The notes under the pieces are model-generated. The model did no database searches and was not told the origin of the DNA. It was given only the letters and a program-made list of their open reading frames with translations. A program made the position numbers and the translations under genes. Shown here in pieces: positions 52,450 to 63,188 of a DNA stretch of 64,000 nt (the first letter of the stretch is position 1; the number at the start of each line of letters is the position of its first letter). This stretch comes from Takakia lepidozioides. Lineage: Eukaryota > Plantae > Bryophyta. The stretch lies in NCBI GenBank assembly GCA_030704615.1, contig CM060731.1, positions 14,074,001 through 14,138,000 of the forward strand, read 5' to 3'.

Positions 52450-52620
52450 AATATGCTTGGCAGCTTACCTGCATGAGGCCTTCACCCTTTAACAATCACT
52501 CGAACAGTAGTTCTTATTCTTGGCTTTGGTTTTGTTTCCTCTCTCATGTTTTCTTCCATTTTGTCCCATAAGCTCTATGAGCTTTCTGCGGACGTTATAT
52601 AGCACCATTTCATTTCATTT
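52450..52620 (+). mobile_element. Short RTEX-like 3' tail insertion
   Basis: tgcttggcagcttacctgcatgaggcc...cataagctctatgagctttctgcggacgtt..(catttt/cattt)n; tctgtt on both flanks. Confidence 0.8.
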
Positions 52621-52857
52621 CTGTTTTGACAATCCCTTCTCATCAATATGGACTGGTCGTGCATCCATTTCATGTGTCAATCTGCTCTAATGTAGGGTGC
52701 CAGTTGAGCAGTGCTGGATCAACTGCTTTCTGAAACAGTCAATTCCTTGTAACTTGGGGCTGTCATTGTCAGCTATTTGTGGCAGGAGGAAGGACTCGTG
52801 ATTTATGTTGTGGAGGCACGGATAGCTCAGGGAGGCAAGGATGGATTGTGGGTGCAG

Positions 52858-52975
52858 GTTCACCATAAAGGACCAGGGATCAAGTGCAAGAGCACCAACA
52901 AGGTACTGTGGATTGACAGCCACAAGAGACCTGTGTGCTTATCTGGTCGATTGGAGAAATTGGAAGCAGCTAGGC
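52858..52975 (+). other. Duplicated copy of the PDF second-half exon
   Basis: ag|VHHKGPGIKCKSTNKVLWIDSHKRPVCLSGRLEKLEAA; upstream intron sequence is also similar to 51460-51510; the equivalent GT donor is missing. Confidence 0.6.
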
Positions 52976-53522
52976 AAAAGTCTGCAGCGAGCACTGGTGG
53001 AGGGGGATTATCAGGGTTCTTCCAGTATAACTGTCCCTTCTCTTTAACAGATGCATACCTGCTGAATTTCTAATCTTTCTGTTAGTTTCATGGGGTTCAT
53101 AATTTTCATGAAGGGACCAAGACCACATATTGGAAGATTCAGAGTTATATTTGTGAGTGAAGGTTTAGCTACTTCTTTTTGTTTGGACAGAATGGAGCTG
53201 CAATGGTATGTCAGGGTGTGCAGAAGGTTACACACTTTGAGGGAATAACACTGAAGTTTACATTTTAGCCTTTTGTCGGTGTGAAGGTGAACAGAGTTGG
53301 CAGAAATGGTTCTTAGTAGTCCATACAGATATGGAACTGCAGCTGGTGTCCAAGTTGGTCTATTTGTTGCAAGACTGCACCTCTCTGATGTGGGAATGCA
53401 ACCTAAAGAGAATCCCTATTCATGGAGGAGCTGGTCCATGTGAAGAGGTCTTTCTTGCAAGTATATAGGAGCTTTCAAATCTATGAATATCAAGTCTGAT
53501 TATCAAGGGTTCTAACTAAAAT

Positions 53523-55757
53523 TTGGATTCATGCAGGATGGCAGGGTTGGAGACAGAGTTGTATCAATCAGACACCTCCACCATGACCACTACTTGTGAC
53601 AGAAGACCTATAGAGGGAGTCAACAAGAACTCATCTGGCACTTGTGAGTGTTTGAGGACTCTATGTAATGCAGGACGATTGCAAGATGCATTGCACATTT
53701 TGAACCAAGGAGAGATTTCGGTGGATTTGAATACTTACGGCTTTCTCTTGCAAGAGTGCATCGAGGTGAAAGGCCTAGCAGAGGGGAGGCAGGTGCACTC
53801 CCACATTATCCAAAGTGGATTCATGCCAAGCGTCTTCCTGCTCAACACCATCATCAACATGTTTATTAAGTGTGGGAGTTTGGTGGATGCGCGCCTAGTG
53901 TTTGACAAAATGTCTGAACGAGATGTGTTTACATGGACTACAATGATGGCTGGTTATGCCAAACATGAGTGTAATAGGGAGGCCTTTCAGATGTACGAGC
54001 AAATGGTACTGGAAGGGGTGACACCTAACAGGGTTACAGCCACTTGCATACTCAAGGCGTGTGCTGGCCTAGGAGCCCTGGAAAAGGGCCAAGAGGTCTA
54101 TGCTGATATTATCAAAGCTGGAATTGAACCAGATGTCATTCTGGAGACTGCACTTGTTAACATGTATGCCAAATGTGGGAGCATGAAGGATGCATGTGAG
54201 GTGTTTGACAACATGGCACAGCGAGATGTAGTCGCATGGAGTGCAATGATCACAGGATATGCTCAGCAAGGGAGTGGTTGGAAGGCTTTTGAGATGTATA
54301 AGCAAATGATGTGGGAAGGGGTGATGGCCAACAATGTGACCTTCATTTGTGTTCTCAAGGCGTGTGCCAGCCTAGGAGCCTTTGAAAAGGGCAAAGAGGT
54401 CCACGATGACATCATAAATGCTGGAATTGTGCCAGATATTATTCTGGAGAATACCCTAGTTGACATGTATGCCAAATGCGGGAAAATAAAGGATGCACGT
54501 CGAGTGTTTGACAATATGGCTCTACAAAATGTTGTCTCATGGAACGTGATCATTGCAGGATATACAAGGCATGGGTATGGTAGGGAGGCTTTTGAGATGT
54601 ATGAGCGAATGATATGGACAGGGGTTATGCCAGACAAGGTAACATTTATTTGTGTTCTGAATGCTTGTGCAAGCCTTGCAGCTCTAGAAAAGGGCAAAGG
54701 GGTGCATGCTGCCATCATCAAAGCTGGAATTCCATTGGATACCATTCTCGAAAATAGCCTTGTCGACATGTATGCCAAATCAGGGAGCCTGAGGGATGCA
54801 CGGCAAGTCTTTGGCCAAATGGCTCAACGAAATGTAGTCTCATGGAGTGCATTAATTGCAGGATATGGGCAGCATGGGTATAGCAGGGAGGCCCTCCAAC
54901 TATTCGAACACATGCAACAGGAAGGCTGGAAGCCAGACAATATCACATTTATATCGGTTCTCTCTGCATGTAGCCATGTGGGCCTAGTGGATGAAGGGCA
55001 TCACTACTTTGATTCCATCAGTCAAGATTATGGCCTTACCCCCACAGCGGAGCATTTTGGCTGCATGGTGGACCTTCTTGGCCGTGGAGGGCAATTGGAC
55101 AAGGCAGAAGACTTCATTAATAGCATGCCATTCAAACCAGGCTCTTTGGTGTGGATGGCCTTGCTTGGTGCCTGCAGAATCCATGGCAATGTGCAGGTAG
55201 CAGAACATGCAGCAAAGTATATTCTCAAGTGTAATCCACAGGATGCTCCAACTTATGTGATGCTATCAAACATCTATGCTGCAGCTGACAGATGGGATGA
55301 TACAGCACAGGTAAGGAAAATGATGCAGCACAGAGGTGTCAGAAGGAAGCCAGGGCAGAGCTGCATTGAGGTGGACGACTGGGCACATACTTTTGTTGTA
55401 GATGATAAGTTGCATCCACAAATTGAGAAGATCCATGCTGAGCTGAAGCGATTATCTGGGTTGATGAAGGCAGCCGGGTACGTGCCTGACACACGCTTTG
55501 TATTGCGTAACGTGGAAGAGGAGCAAAAAGAATTTTCTATTGGCCACCACAGTGAGAAGCTGGCCATTGCTTTTGGGCTGATCAGCACCCCACCTGGGAC
55601 GCCTCTCCGTATCATCAAGAACCTTCGAGTGTGTGGTGACTGCCACACGGCCACCAAGTTCATCTCAAAGATTGTTGAACGAACAATTGTTGTACGGGAT
55701 GCCAATCGGTTTCACCACTTTGAAGCTGGGGTTTGTTCTTGTGGGGATTACTGGTGA
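53523..55757 (+). CDS. PLS-class PPR protein with E1-E2-DYW (PG-type) cytidine deaminase domain; C-to-U organellar RNA-editing factor
   Basis: 14 repeats L-S-(P-L-S)x3-P2-L2-S2, then E1, E2, PG box (KPGQSCIEV), HHSEKLA, CGDCH and terminal CSCGDYW*. Confidence 0.96.
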   Translation: MDSCRMAGLETELYQSDTSTMTTTCDRRPIEGVNKNSSGTCECLRTLCNAGRLQDALHILNQGEISVDLNTYGFLLQECIEVKGLAEGRQVHSHIIQSGFMPSVFLLNTIINMFIKCGSLVDARLVFDKMSERDVFTWTTMMAGYAKHECNREAFQMYEQMVLEGVTPNRVTATCILKACAGLGALEKGQEVYADIIKAGIEPDVILETALVNMYAKCGSMKDACEVFDNMAQRDVVAWSAMITGYAQQGSGWKAFEMYKQMMWEGVMANNVTFICVLKACASLGAFEKGKEVHDDIINAGIVPDIILENTLVDMYAKCGKIKDARRVFDNMALQNVVSWNVIIAGYTRHGYGREAFEMYERMIWTGVMPDKVTFICVLNACASLAALEKGKGVHAAIIKAGIPLDTILENSLVDMYAKSGSLRDARQVFGQMAQRNVVSWSALIAGYGQHGYSREALQLFEHMQQEGWKPDNITFISVLSACSHVGLVDEGHHYFDSISQDYGLTPTAEHFGCMVDLLGRGGQLDKAEDFINSMPFKPGSLVWMALLGACRIHGNVQVAEHAAKYILKCNPQDAPTYVMLSNIYAAADRWDDTAQVRKMMQHRGVRRKPGQSCIEVDDWAHTFVVDDKLHPQIEKIHAELKRLSGLMKAAGYVPDTRFVLRNVEEEQKEFSIGHHSEKLAIAFGLISTPPGTPLRIIKNLRVCGDCHTATKFISKIVERTIVVRDANRFHHFEAGVCSCGDYW

Positions 55758-56499
55758 TCTGAGCGACATGTACGGAAGAAAGCGTGTTCCTTCAAATGTG
55801 ACGGTTGAGAGGTCATGCTCTGTTACGGTGGATTCAACTGGTTTGTGTCTTTAAATGGTACAATTACTCTGGGCCCCCTACAATGATGATTACATGTATG
55901 TATATCACCAAGAGCAGCAGTGAACGCCATTGAAAATCTTATTACAGAGGAGTTCACAGATTTTCCAAGTAACAGTCAGGGCCAGCGCCAACACGCCCAC
56001 TAAATGTGGTGTACTCTCCAAAGGGCATTGCGGACAGCTATCCTTCTTTCAATAATCCTGGGGTAGAGGAGATTTGCTGGTTCTATGCATGCCTGCATGC
56101 TCTTATTCAAATTCATCCTGTACTCCAACAGGTTAGTGGCTTTCTGTGAGATGAGAAAGAGATAGGGTCAGAGGTGCAGGGCAGGTTCTCAAATTGTGCA
56201 TGCATATGGAAAATACAGTCCTTAATCAGACCAGGCTTCACAATGTCTTTTCGAATTTTCAATTTATTAGCTTTGGATGGTGTCAAGTATTCTCTTTGCT
56301 GGCATTGGCCTGCTTTGCTTGAGGTTAAAGATGTCCTGAACATGTGGTAGTTTTGCTGAGTTATATAGGTTTGACTTCGACAGTTTAGGAGACCGTCACA
56401 TTGGCCTTGTCCTTCAACTTCGATTGGCCATGCGTCCTTGGATCTTAATGTAATAGGGAATGATATTCTCACTGTCTTTTACAGGGGGTAAGATGACTG

Positions 56500-58000
56500 A
56501 ACTGACGTGAGGCCGGTAGAATCTGCAAATGGAGCTGCCAGTTCATTCTTGCCCAATTGTAGATCTGGTTCATGGAACTGTCCTCTGTCAAAATAGCCAT
56601 ATTGAAAACCAGGTGGAGGGAGAAAGAGGCAACACAGTGTTTGAGGAGTTCATGCAAATTTTCGCTATCTGAAGACACAGCATCCTGCCTTGCGTATGAC
56701 CCCACAAGTGATGAGGTTGATGAGCAGATCAACCCTTCCCTCAAGCTGGTAGATGTGACAGAGTGCCCGACAGAGTTTGTTGAGTGGACAATCTCCCTTT
56801 CTGTGCACGTTGTGTGAGAGAGAAGTGCCACGTGACCGAGCCCCCCGCCGCAGTTGGTGCAAGGCCATGGGCATTCCTACCAGAAGAAGCACTGGAGGGA
56901 AATGCATAAAGGCAGCTGTGAGCTTTTTAAGGTATGAATGAGGGCTAGTATACCTATTCGAGGTAAGTGCAGTGTAGCCGTAGGGATGCTGGATTCCATT
57001 TGAACTGCTGCCAGTCTTCTCATTTGGTCGACATTGTTGGTCTTCAATTGCTCAAGATCTGTAAACTGTTGTTGAATCGAGTGGAGCTCGTACGATTGCA
57101 TCCATGTAGATTTCATGTGGGCTCAATAAGTCAGTGTACCATGGATACCATTGTCTATCTTTTCATCTGGTACTATTGGTGCCTGTAGTGCTCAAGGCCC
57201 AGCCTGTGCCTGCTTTCTTTTTGAAACCAAACAGAGTCTTAGTGTGAATGCCTTGCAGGGGCTGTGGGTGGCAGGGCTACAGGTCACTCATCTTGTCACT
57301 GCCAACCCCTTCCGTTCACCATTCCTAATCAGATTTCAGATACAAATCCCTGGGTCAGCAATGGCTGTGTTCGGTGTGAACACAGCTGCATCCTGTGCCC
57401 GGTTTGGGCGGAACGAGAGGGAACAGACACTACCTTTGTGAGGAGCTCACTCCAGTAGTGGGACTTACCTTGGTATAAACATTTGGTTTGGGCTTTCCAG
57501 ATTTCCTCTAGAAATCCCCATCAATCTGCTGTGTGTGAGCTGCCTAGCAGTTAGACCTCAGCAAAGCCAGGGCCTTGGGATTTTGAACGTTGGTGAACAG
57601 AGAGGTGCAGGGACTACGTTCTTGATGGTGCTGAAGAGGGTCACTCTCTGATGAGAAACCCTGGACATTGTACCAGAAAATGGATATTATCTTCAAGCCG
57701 CCTGCACATTGGGCATTGACAATCTCCCTTTCCTCTGATGTGAGGGAGATAGGGCTTGTCTTGTCACAACAAGGAAGGATCTGTCAGGACTTGACCAGAT
57801 CAGAATTTGAAAAAAAAAACCAGGACAAAAGAGCCTTGCATTGGAAGGCACCATCACCCTTCTCCTAAAGCAGGAGCTCTGGTTTTGTTTCACACTTCTG
57901 GGTGATATTGTTAGAAACCCTTCGAAAAACCGCCTTTCTTCACAGTGACAGACATCATACTGAACAATATTAATGTTCACTGTACTGTCATACTGGGATT
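56500..58000 (-). mobile_element. Old L1-like ORF2 3' remnants
   Basis: GFLEEIWKAQ (an IWKAR-like motif) at ~57515-57480 and EREIV motifs at ~57730 and ~56800; homologous inverted copy at 52216-52350. Confidence 0.35.
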
Positions 58001-58793
58001 TCCGGAAAACCGAAATTCGTGCTAGCATGTGGACTGTAGGTCAGTGACCTCCAAGTCAGCCTTAGCCTTCACTTAAGCAAACCAGTGCTTGCTTAAAACC
58101 ATGCAGTAGCCCTTCTCTATGAGGATAACTCGGTAGCATCAAAGTAGCGTCAACACAAATACGTGCCTGAAAATCACGTCTCAAACTGAGACAAATCCAA
58201 GTCTTCCGCCATAGCCCAAATGGCTGTGCTGCCATGTCTTAAAACAAAACAAACACAGTATTCAAAATGAAACCACTCAGCTGGGCTGTAAACTGAGATT
58301 GATCCAAGTCCAGACGGGCTTCCAGAACCCTCTGGTATCCAGATTCCAAGGGTAGATTACTTCCGTACAATACTTCCTCACAGAAACATGAGGCTGTCGT
58401 CAAGCGTTGTACCATTCGTCCTAGGCAGTGGCTGCCTTCTGTGATAGGCGATTTCCATCATCTATCCATTAGCAAAACTTACACATATAGCTTAGAGACC
58501 CATGAAAGGGGAAGGCAGCCACCGGCGCTCGGCCCACAAACCACCACATCCAACAGAATTCGTGTTAGTGAGGATGCGGGCAGGTCTTCACGCTTGCTAT
58601 CGCTGTCCACATGCAGATCTAAGCAAGTGAAAGGTTGCAAGAGTAACAGTAAAGGTGTGACATTGCACAGAACCCGAAAGTTTGAGGCAGACCAGTCTGC
58701 GACATTGCACATATCTGGTCACGCAACAAGTAATTGCAAAGCACATGTAAGGGCTGAGTGTAACTTCCTGTTCGTGTCAACAATGAGCCTACC

Positions 58794-59240
58794 TTCAAGT
58801 GATTTCCCATCATCTGACCGGTGAATTGTTTCAATCCTCCATTGTGTGACAGGAGATTCCCTCACTTTGAAGATGATGAACATTCTTTGGGCGTTGATAC
58901 AAATCTGGCATTCAGTGAATTGTCTGACCTCATGCAGGCTTTCTCTTCAAGTGATTTCCCATCCTCTGCCCTGTGAATTGTTTCATTCCTCCATTGTGTG
59001 ACAGGAAATTTCCTCACTTTTAAGATGATGAACATTCTTTGGGCGGTGATATGAATCAGGCAATTGAGTGAACTGCTATACTGGGTCATCGTGCAGGCTT
59101 TCTTTCAAGTGATTTCCCATCATCTGCCATGTGAATTGTTTCATTCCTCCATTGTGTGACAGGAAATTTCCTCACTTTGAAGATGATGAACATTCTTTGG
59201 CTGTGGATACAAATCAGGCATTCAATGAACTGTTATACTG
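58794..59240. repeat. About 155-bp tandem repeat, 3 copies
   Basis: ttcaagtgatttcccatc..gtgaattgtttca.tcctccattgtgtgacagga..ctcacttt.aagatgatgaacattctttgg at ~58794, ~58946 and ~59104. Confidence 0.9.
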
Positions 59241-59408
59241 GGGTTGCGGGTCATGTTGCTTGATAACTCTTGTAATCAACATACCCATGACAGTGTAAAC
59301 AACAGGAAACAAATCAGGCATTCAGTATGGACTGTTATAGTGGGGTTGGGGGTCGTGTTGCTTGATAACTCTTGCAATCAACACACCCACGACAGTGTAA
59401 ACAACAGG
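59208..59408. repeat. About 101-bp tandem repeat, 2 copies
   Basis: acaaatcaggcattca..gggtc.tgttgcttgataactcttg.aatcaaca.accca.gacagtgtaaacaacagg twice. Confidence 0.88.
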
Positions 59409-61825
59409 TGCGCATCCTCTAGAGACCAGGAACTGCAGCATGTACTGAAACTGGCCGTAACAGGGCTCGGCCATGGGTATGGAGGATTGTCGTGCACCTC
59501 TTACTGTATGTCTCCAGTTTGCCCGAGTGTACATACGATGTACCAAAGTATATTAGTATGCCTTGAAGTCCATCAACGGGGAGAGTCTTTATGAGTGAAA
59601 ATATATGCCGTAGTTTATGATCTCACTTCGTAGTAGAAACTAGAGACTAGAGGTCATACTGTAAAACAAGTATCCATTTTCCTGACAAGAAGCTTCAGCA
59701 CATAGTTTCAAGAAACCAGGATTAGTCACCAGAGAATTTCAATCCTTTCACACCGTCCGTGATCTGCACATGCTTACACACGCCAAGCGAGACAACACCT
59801 TTTCGATTAATTCGCTGGGCAGTCTGCTCCACACCTCCTCCTCCATCCTCACGCTCTTCTGCAGACGTGCCCACAACTTCCACTGTGCCTCCATGGATTG
59901 ATTGATGTAACTGATGCAATGGTATGACAAGTTCTTCAGACAACATAGGTTTATAAGAGCCTGCTATCCAGCTCATGAGTAGGGACAAATGGTAAAGCTG
60001 GAAGCTCCAAAGCTCGAAATGGGTTCAAAGCACAGAGGGCGGCGCCCTCGCATGGCAGCCCACAGTGCATTCGCCTCGAGAATATTGACCAACCAGCTTG
60101 CGGTGCTTGTTGCTGCTGTAGCTCTGTCATTCCTCCACTCACAGGTGGGCCACCTTGGGGACTGCCCATGTACCAGACTTCGGACGGCCAGACTCCAAGG
60201 GCTCTCTTTTCCATACCAAGAAAGCGCTTGGGACCACTTTATTTGCTCAGAGAATATCAGAATCCTCAACGCAGGTGGAGCTAGGATTATTTTATTAGGT
60301 AGGTAGTACTTACCAAGAGGAGGAGCACTTTGTCTGTCTGAATTTTGACCTGACATGCATTGTACGTAGCTCTCAAATTTCCATACGTCTATGAAAATGG
60401 ATGAGGGAAAAGACAACAGACCCTCCTCGTAAATAATTTCGGTGTACTCGTCGGTGGAGTTGCCCAGAAAATACACAAGGCCCAAGGCCCACACAGCGTG
60501 TCTCGTCTAATAACTCTCAACGTATACTCTTTACGGCCTTGCACAATGTGAAGAGCTGGGTACCTGACTTATATAATGAAACATGCAGAAAGACCCAGGT
60601 ACATCAGAAGGCCTGCTCTGAAACTGGCCGGGCTCAATCATGCTCTCAGCAACAAAAAGGGGTGACTGGGTTCAGAGAGTACAAACGGAGATCTTACTGC
60701 TCTCTATTCATACCAAGAAAGAGTATCCTGTGCAACCTATCAGTGTTCAGATCAGTGCTCGTCTTACACACAGAAATACTAATTACAGGCATCAACGAAG
60801 TTGTCCAGAGAATGAATACATTAAAAAACTTCAGAAGCCTCGGTGCACAGCCCAGGTCCCAGGACCTGACACACGAGATATCGCTGCTCAGTTGCCCATC
60901 AGATCATAGGCTCTTCTCCCGACGAGCAGAAGATATCTAACCGTAGGTTGTATTGATGAATGATGCCAAAGGAACTTGACGGCTTTTCCGTTGCAAACCT
61001 CTGCAATGGCAGATAGCAGTTCCAGATCTCAATGAAAGCTTCAGAATAGTTTTGGGGAAGAATGCTCTTCCGTGATGCTCTTTGTATATGGCAACAAGAG
61101 ATCAACACATGTTATATATTATATCGAGCTCTGAAACTCGCTAAGTTTGTCCCAGCTTAGTGCCATGGTAAGCTGGAGCTACAGCACGAACTGCAGAGTC
61201 CAGACTACAGTAGTGAATATGAGCTCACTTAAGACAAACTCACTAACGACAACAAACTGCTCTGAGATCTGACCGAGGACAACTCACTAAACAACACTTG
61301 TCCCACTTCGGATACTCCTACGTATTGGGAAACTCACTAATCCTGACATGCTTAGACCTGTGACCTCACTAACCACCTTTGAGCTAATTATAGTTATTAT
61401 ACATGATGATGCTAACAACGGCAGTCGTAACGCGGTCGACTCACTAATCAATACTGTCCTTGACTTAATGATGGATGCTAATTATAATTAATCCATAAAT
61501 CAATTATCAAGTGCGTCATTATTAGTCTGTATTGTTTAAGCCTTGTCTCTGTCAGCAACAGTTCATCAGATGAACTAGGGTGGGCAGCTTAATGTAGACG
61601 GTGCTGCTGACAAGAGGAGGGATTGTCTGTTGATATAAAAAATCTCCCCTTCCATAGCATTCTCTGCAGAGCACAGCTTTCCTCTCTTCCTCTTTCGACG
61701 GGGGTGTTTTCGGTGTCTTTAGTTTGCTCTTCAGTACATAGCGTTGGTTCAGGAGCGTGCTTTCTTTGGTGGGGTGGAGCTAGCTGCGTAGCAGACTGCA
61801 GTGGTAACTGGGTTGGACGAGCAAG

Positions 61826-63188
61826 ATGATGTCAGTCGATCAGGTATGTGCAGTCCCATCATGCATCTGTAGTTGGGGGGTGTCCCAAAAACATGCGCGC
61901 AGGAGGGGGTTTCCTGCCCTTGTGCAAAGCTGGGAACGATCAGGTGTGGAGAAGTGTCTCGAGAGCTGGTTGGATTCTACACGACCGGTGTGAAGTGTCG
62001 TAGAAGCCAACTACATCTGGACTGCTTTAGTTTTCACAGTTGACGTGATAATGTTGTGTGAGAAGCAGGGCTGCTGGAATTTCAATATACATAGATGTGC
62101 AACATCATCGTTTTCTCTCTAGACTGAGTTCTCTCACATTGTGCAACCAAGTTTCACACGAAATACTTGTGGGCTCGTCGATTTTGCAGGTGTTCTACAG
62201 TAAGTCCGAGCCAGTCTGGACTGTGAGCAGTCTTCAAGATGTCAACAGCGCTTATGCTCACAATCAAAGGAATGTCCCTAATGTTACCCATCAACCCCGC
62301 CGCATTCTGCCGGTAAACTTGTGGGCATGGTTTCTTTTCGCGTGATTAAGCTGCCTAACCCGGTCTAGTACTTCTTAGCTCATAGATTGGACGTTGCAAA
62401 CGGACGATCAGTTCTTCAAACAAGTGGGCTGTTGTAACGTTTATTTAACCTACTGCACTGTGGAAAACTTGAAAGTCGGATGTCGTTGGTTGGTTGTCCT
62501 TGTACTCATGGGTGTGCAGACCATCGAACTGAGTGTACCCATGTGCTGCACGAAATGCGAAGAAATAGTGAGGGAATCTCTTCTGGATATGGAGGGTAAG
62601 AATCTCCAGTGTCATGTTTTGTCAGCGAAATGATGGATCTATCTAGGATGTAAGTGTGAAGAGCTTGCATATGTAGGTAGCGCATCAAGTGTTCACTTCA
62701 CGCCAGGGTGAGTTGATTTAGGCTGAAGAGCTTCTGGTAGTCTTTTCGAGTGTATTGAATGTCTCCAAAATGGATTACAGCCAAGTGGACGGATGGTGGA
62801 AAGTGCAGGTGTTGTGGGGGTGACTTGTGATCTGTGGAATCAAAAGGTGACTGTTACTGGTCATACGGACCCGCTACGCGTGCTGAAGAAGATGAAGCGC
62901 GTGAAGAAAAGGTCCCAGTTTTGGTCTCGATCAACCTCCAGTCAGTATGAGAGGGCTAGTCAGTACGAGAGGGCGGGCACAGCTGCAGAGAAGTCCAGTA
63001 TTCGTTTTGGCGACCATAGATCAGCTTACAACCAGCACCCTGCATATGGATCAGATTATAGGCCCTCTTACAACCAGTTTACTCCTGCGTACGGAGAATC
63101 TTATATCCACTCCTATGGGCCTTCCTACAACCAGTACAGTCATCCCCTTATCACGAATCCAAACTATCTGAAGCACATTCAGTACTAA
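61826..63188 (+). CDS. HMA domain protein (CCxxC), Tyr/Ser-rich tail ending ITNPNYLKHIQY, no CaaX
   Basis: Exons 61826-61843 (MMSVDQ), 62190-62312, 62520-62595 (TIELSVPMCCTKCEEIVRESLLDME), 62809-63188 (GVVGVTCDLWNQKVTVTGHTDPLRVLKKMKRVKKRSQFW..). Confidence 0.9.

Larger units (their letters stand above)
58480..59930 (-). pseudogene. F-box protein pseudogene
   Basis: MEEEVWSRLPSELIEKVLSRL...RSRTV*KDWNSLV (59850-59720) is an F-box motif with an in-frame stop; downstream region scrambled by tandem duplications. Confidence 0.6.

Noticed and set aside
54263-55705. Antisense ORFs over the PPR gene (similarly over the HMA repeats and LINEs)
   Set aside because: Shadow frames of real coding sequence.
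56228-56241. Partial match to miR166 (gaccaggcttca)
   Set aside because: Only 12 nt and no fold-back precursor.
58794-59240. Regularly spaced repeats resembling a CRISPR array
   Set aside because: Whole units are similar with no unique spacers, there are no cas genes, and the context is eukaryotic.
59951-61108. Several 70-170-aa ORFs on both strands
   Set aside because: No recognisable domain or consistent splice model; possibly decayed gene or TE sequence.
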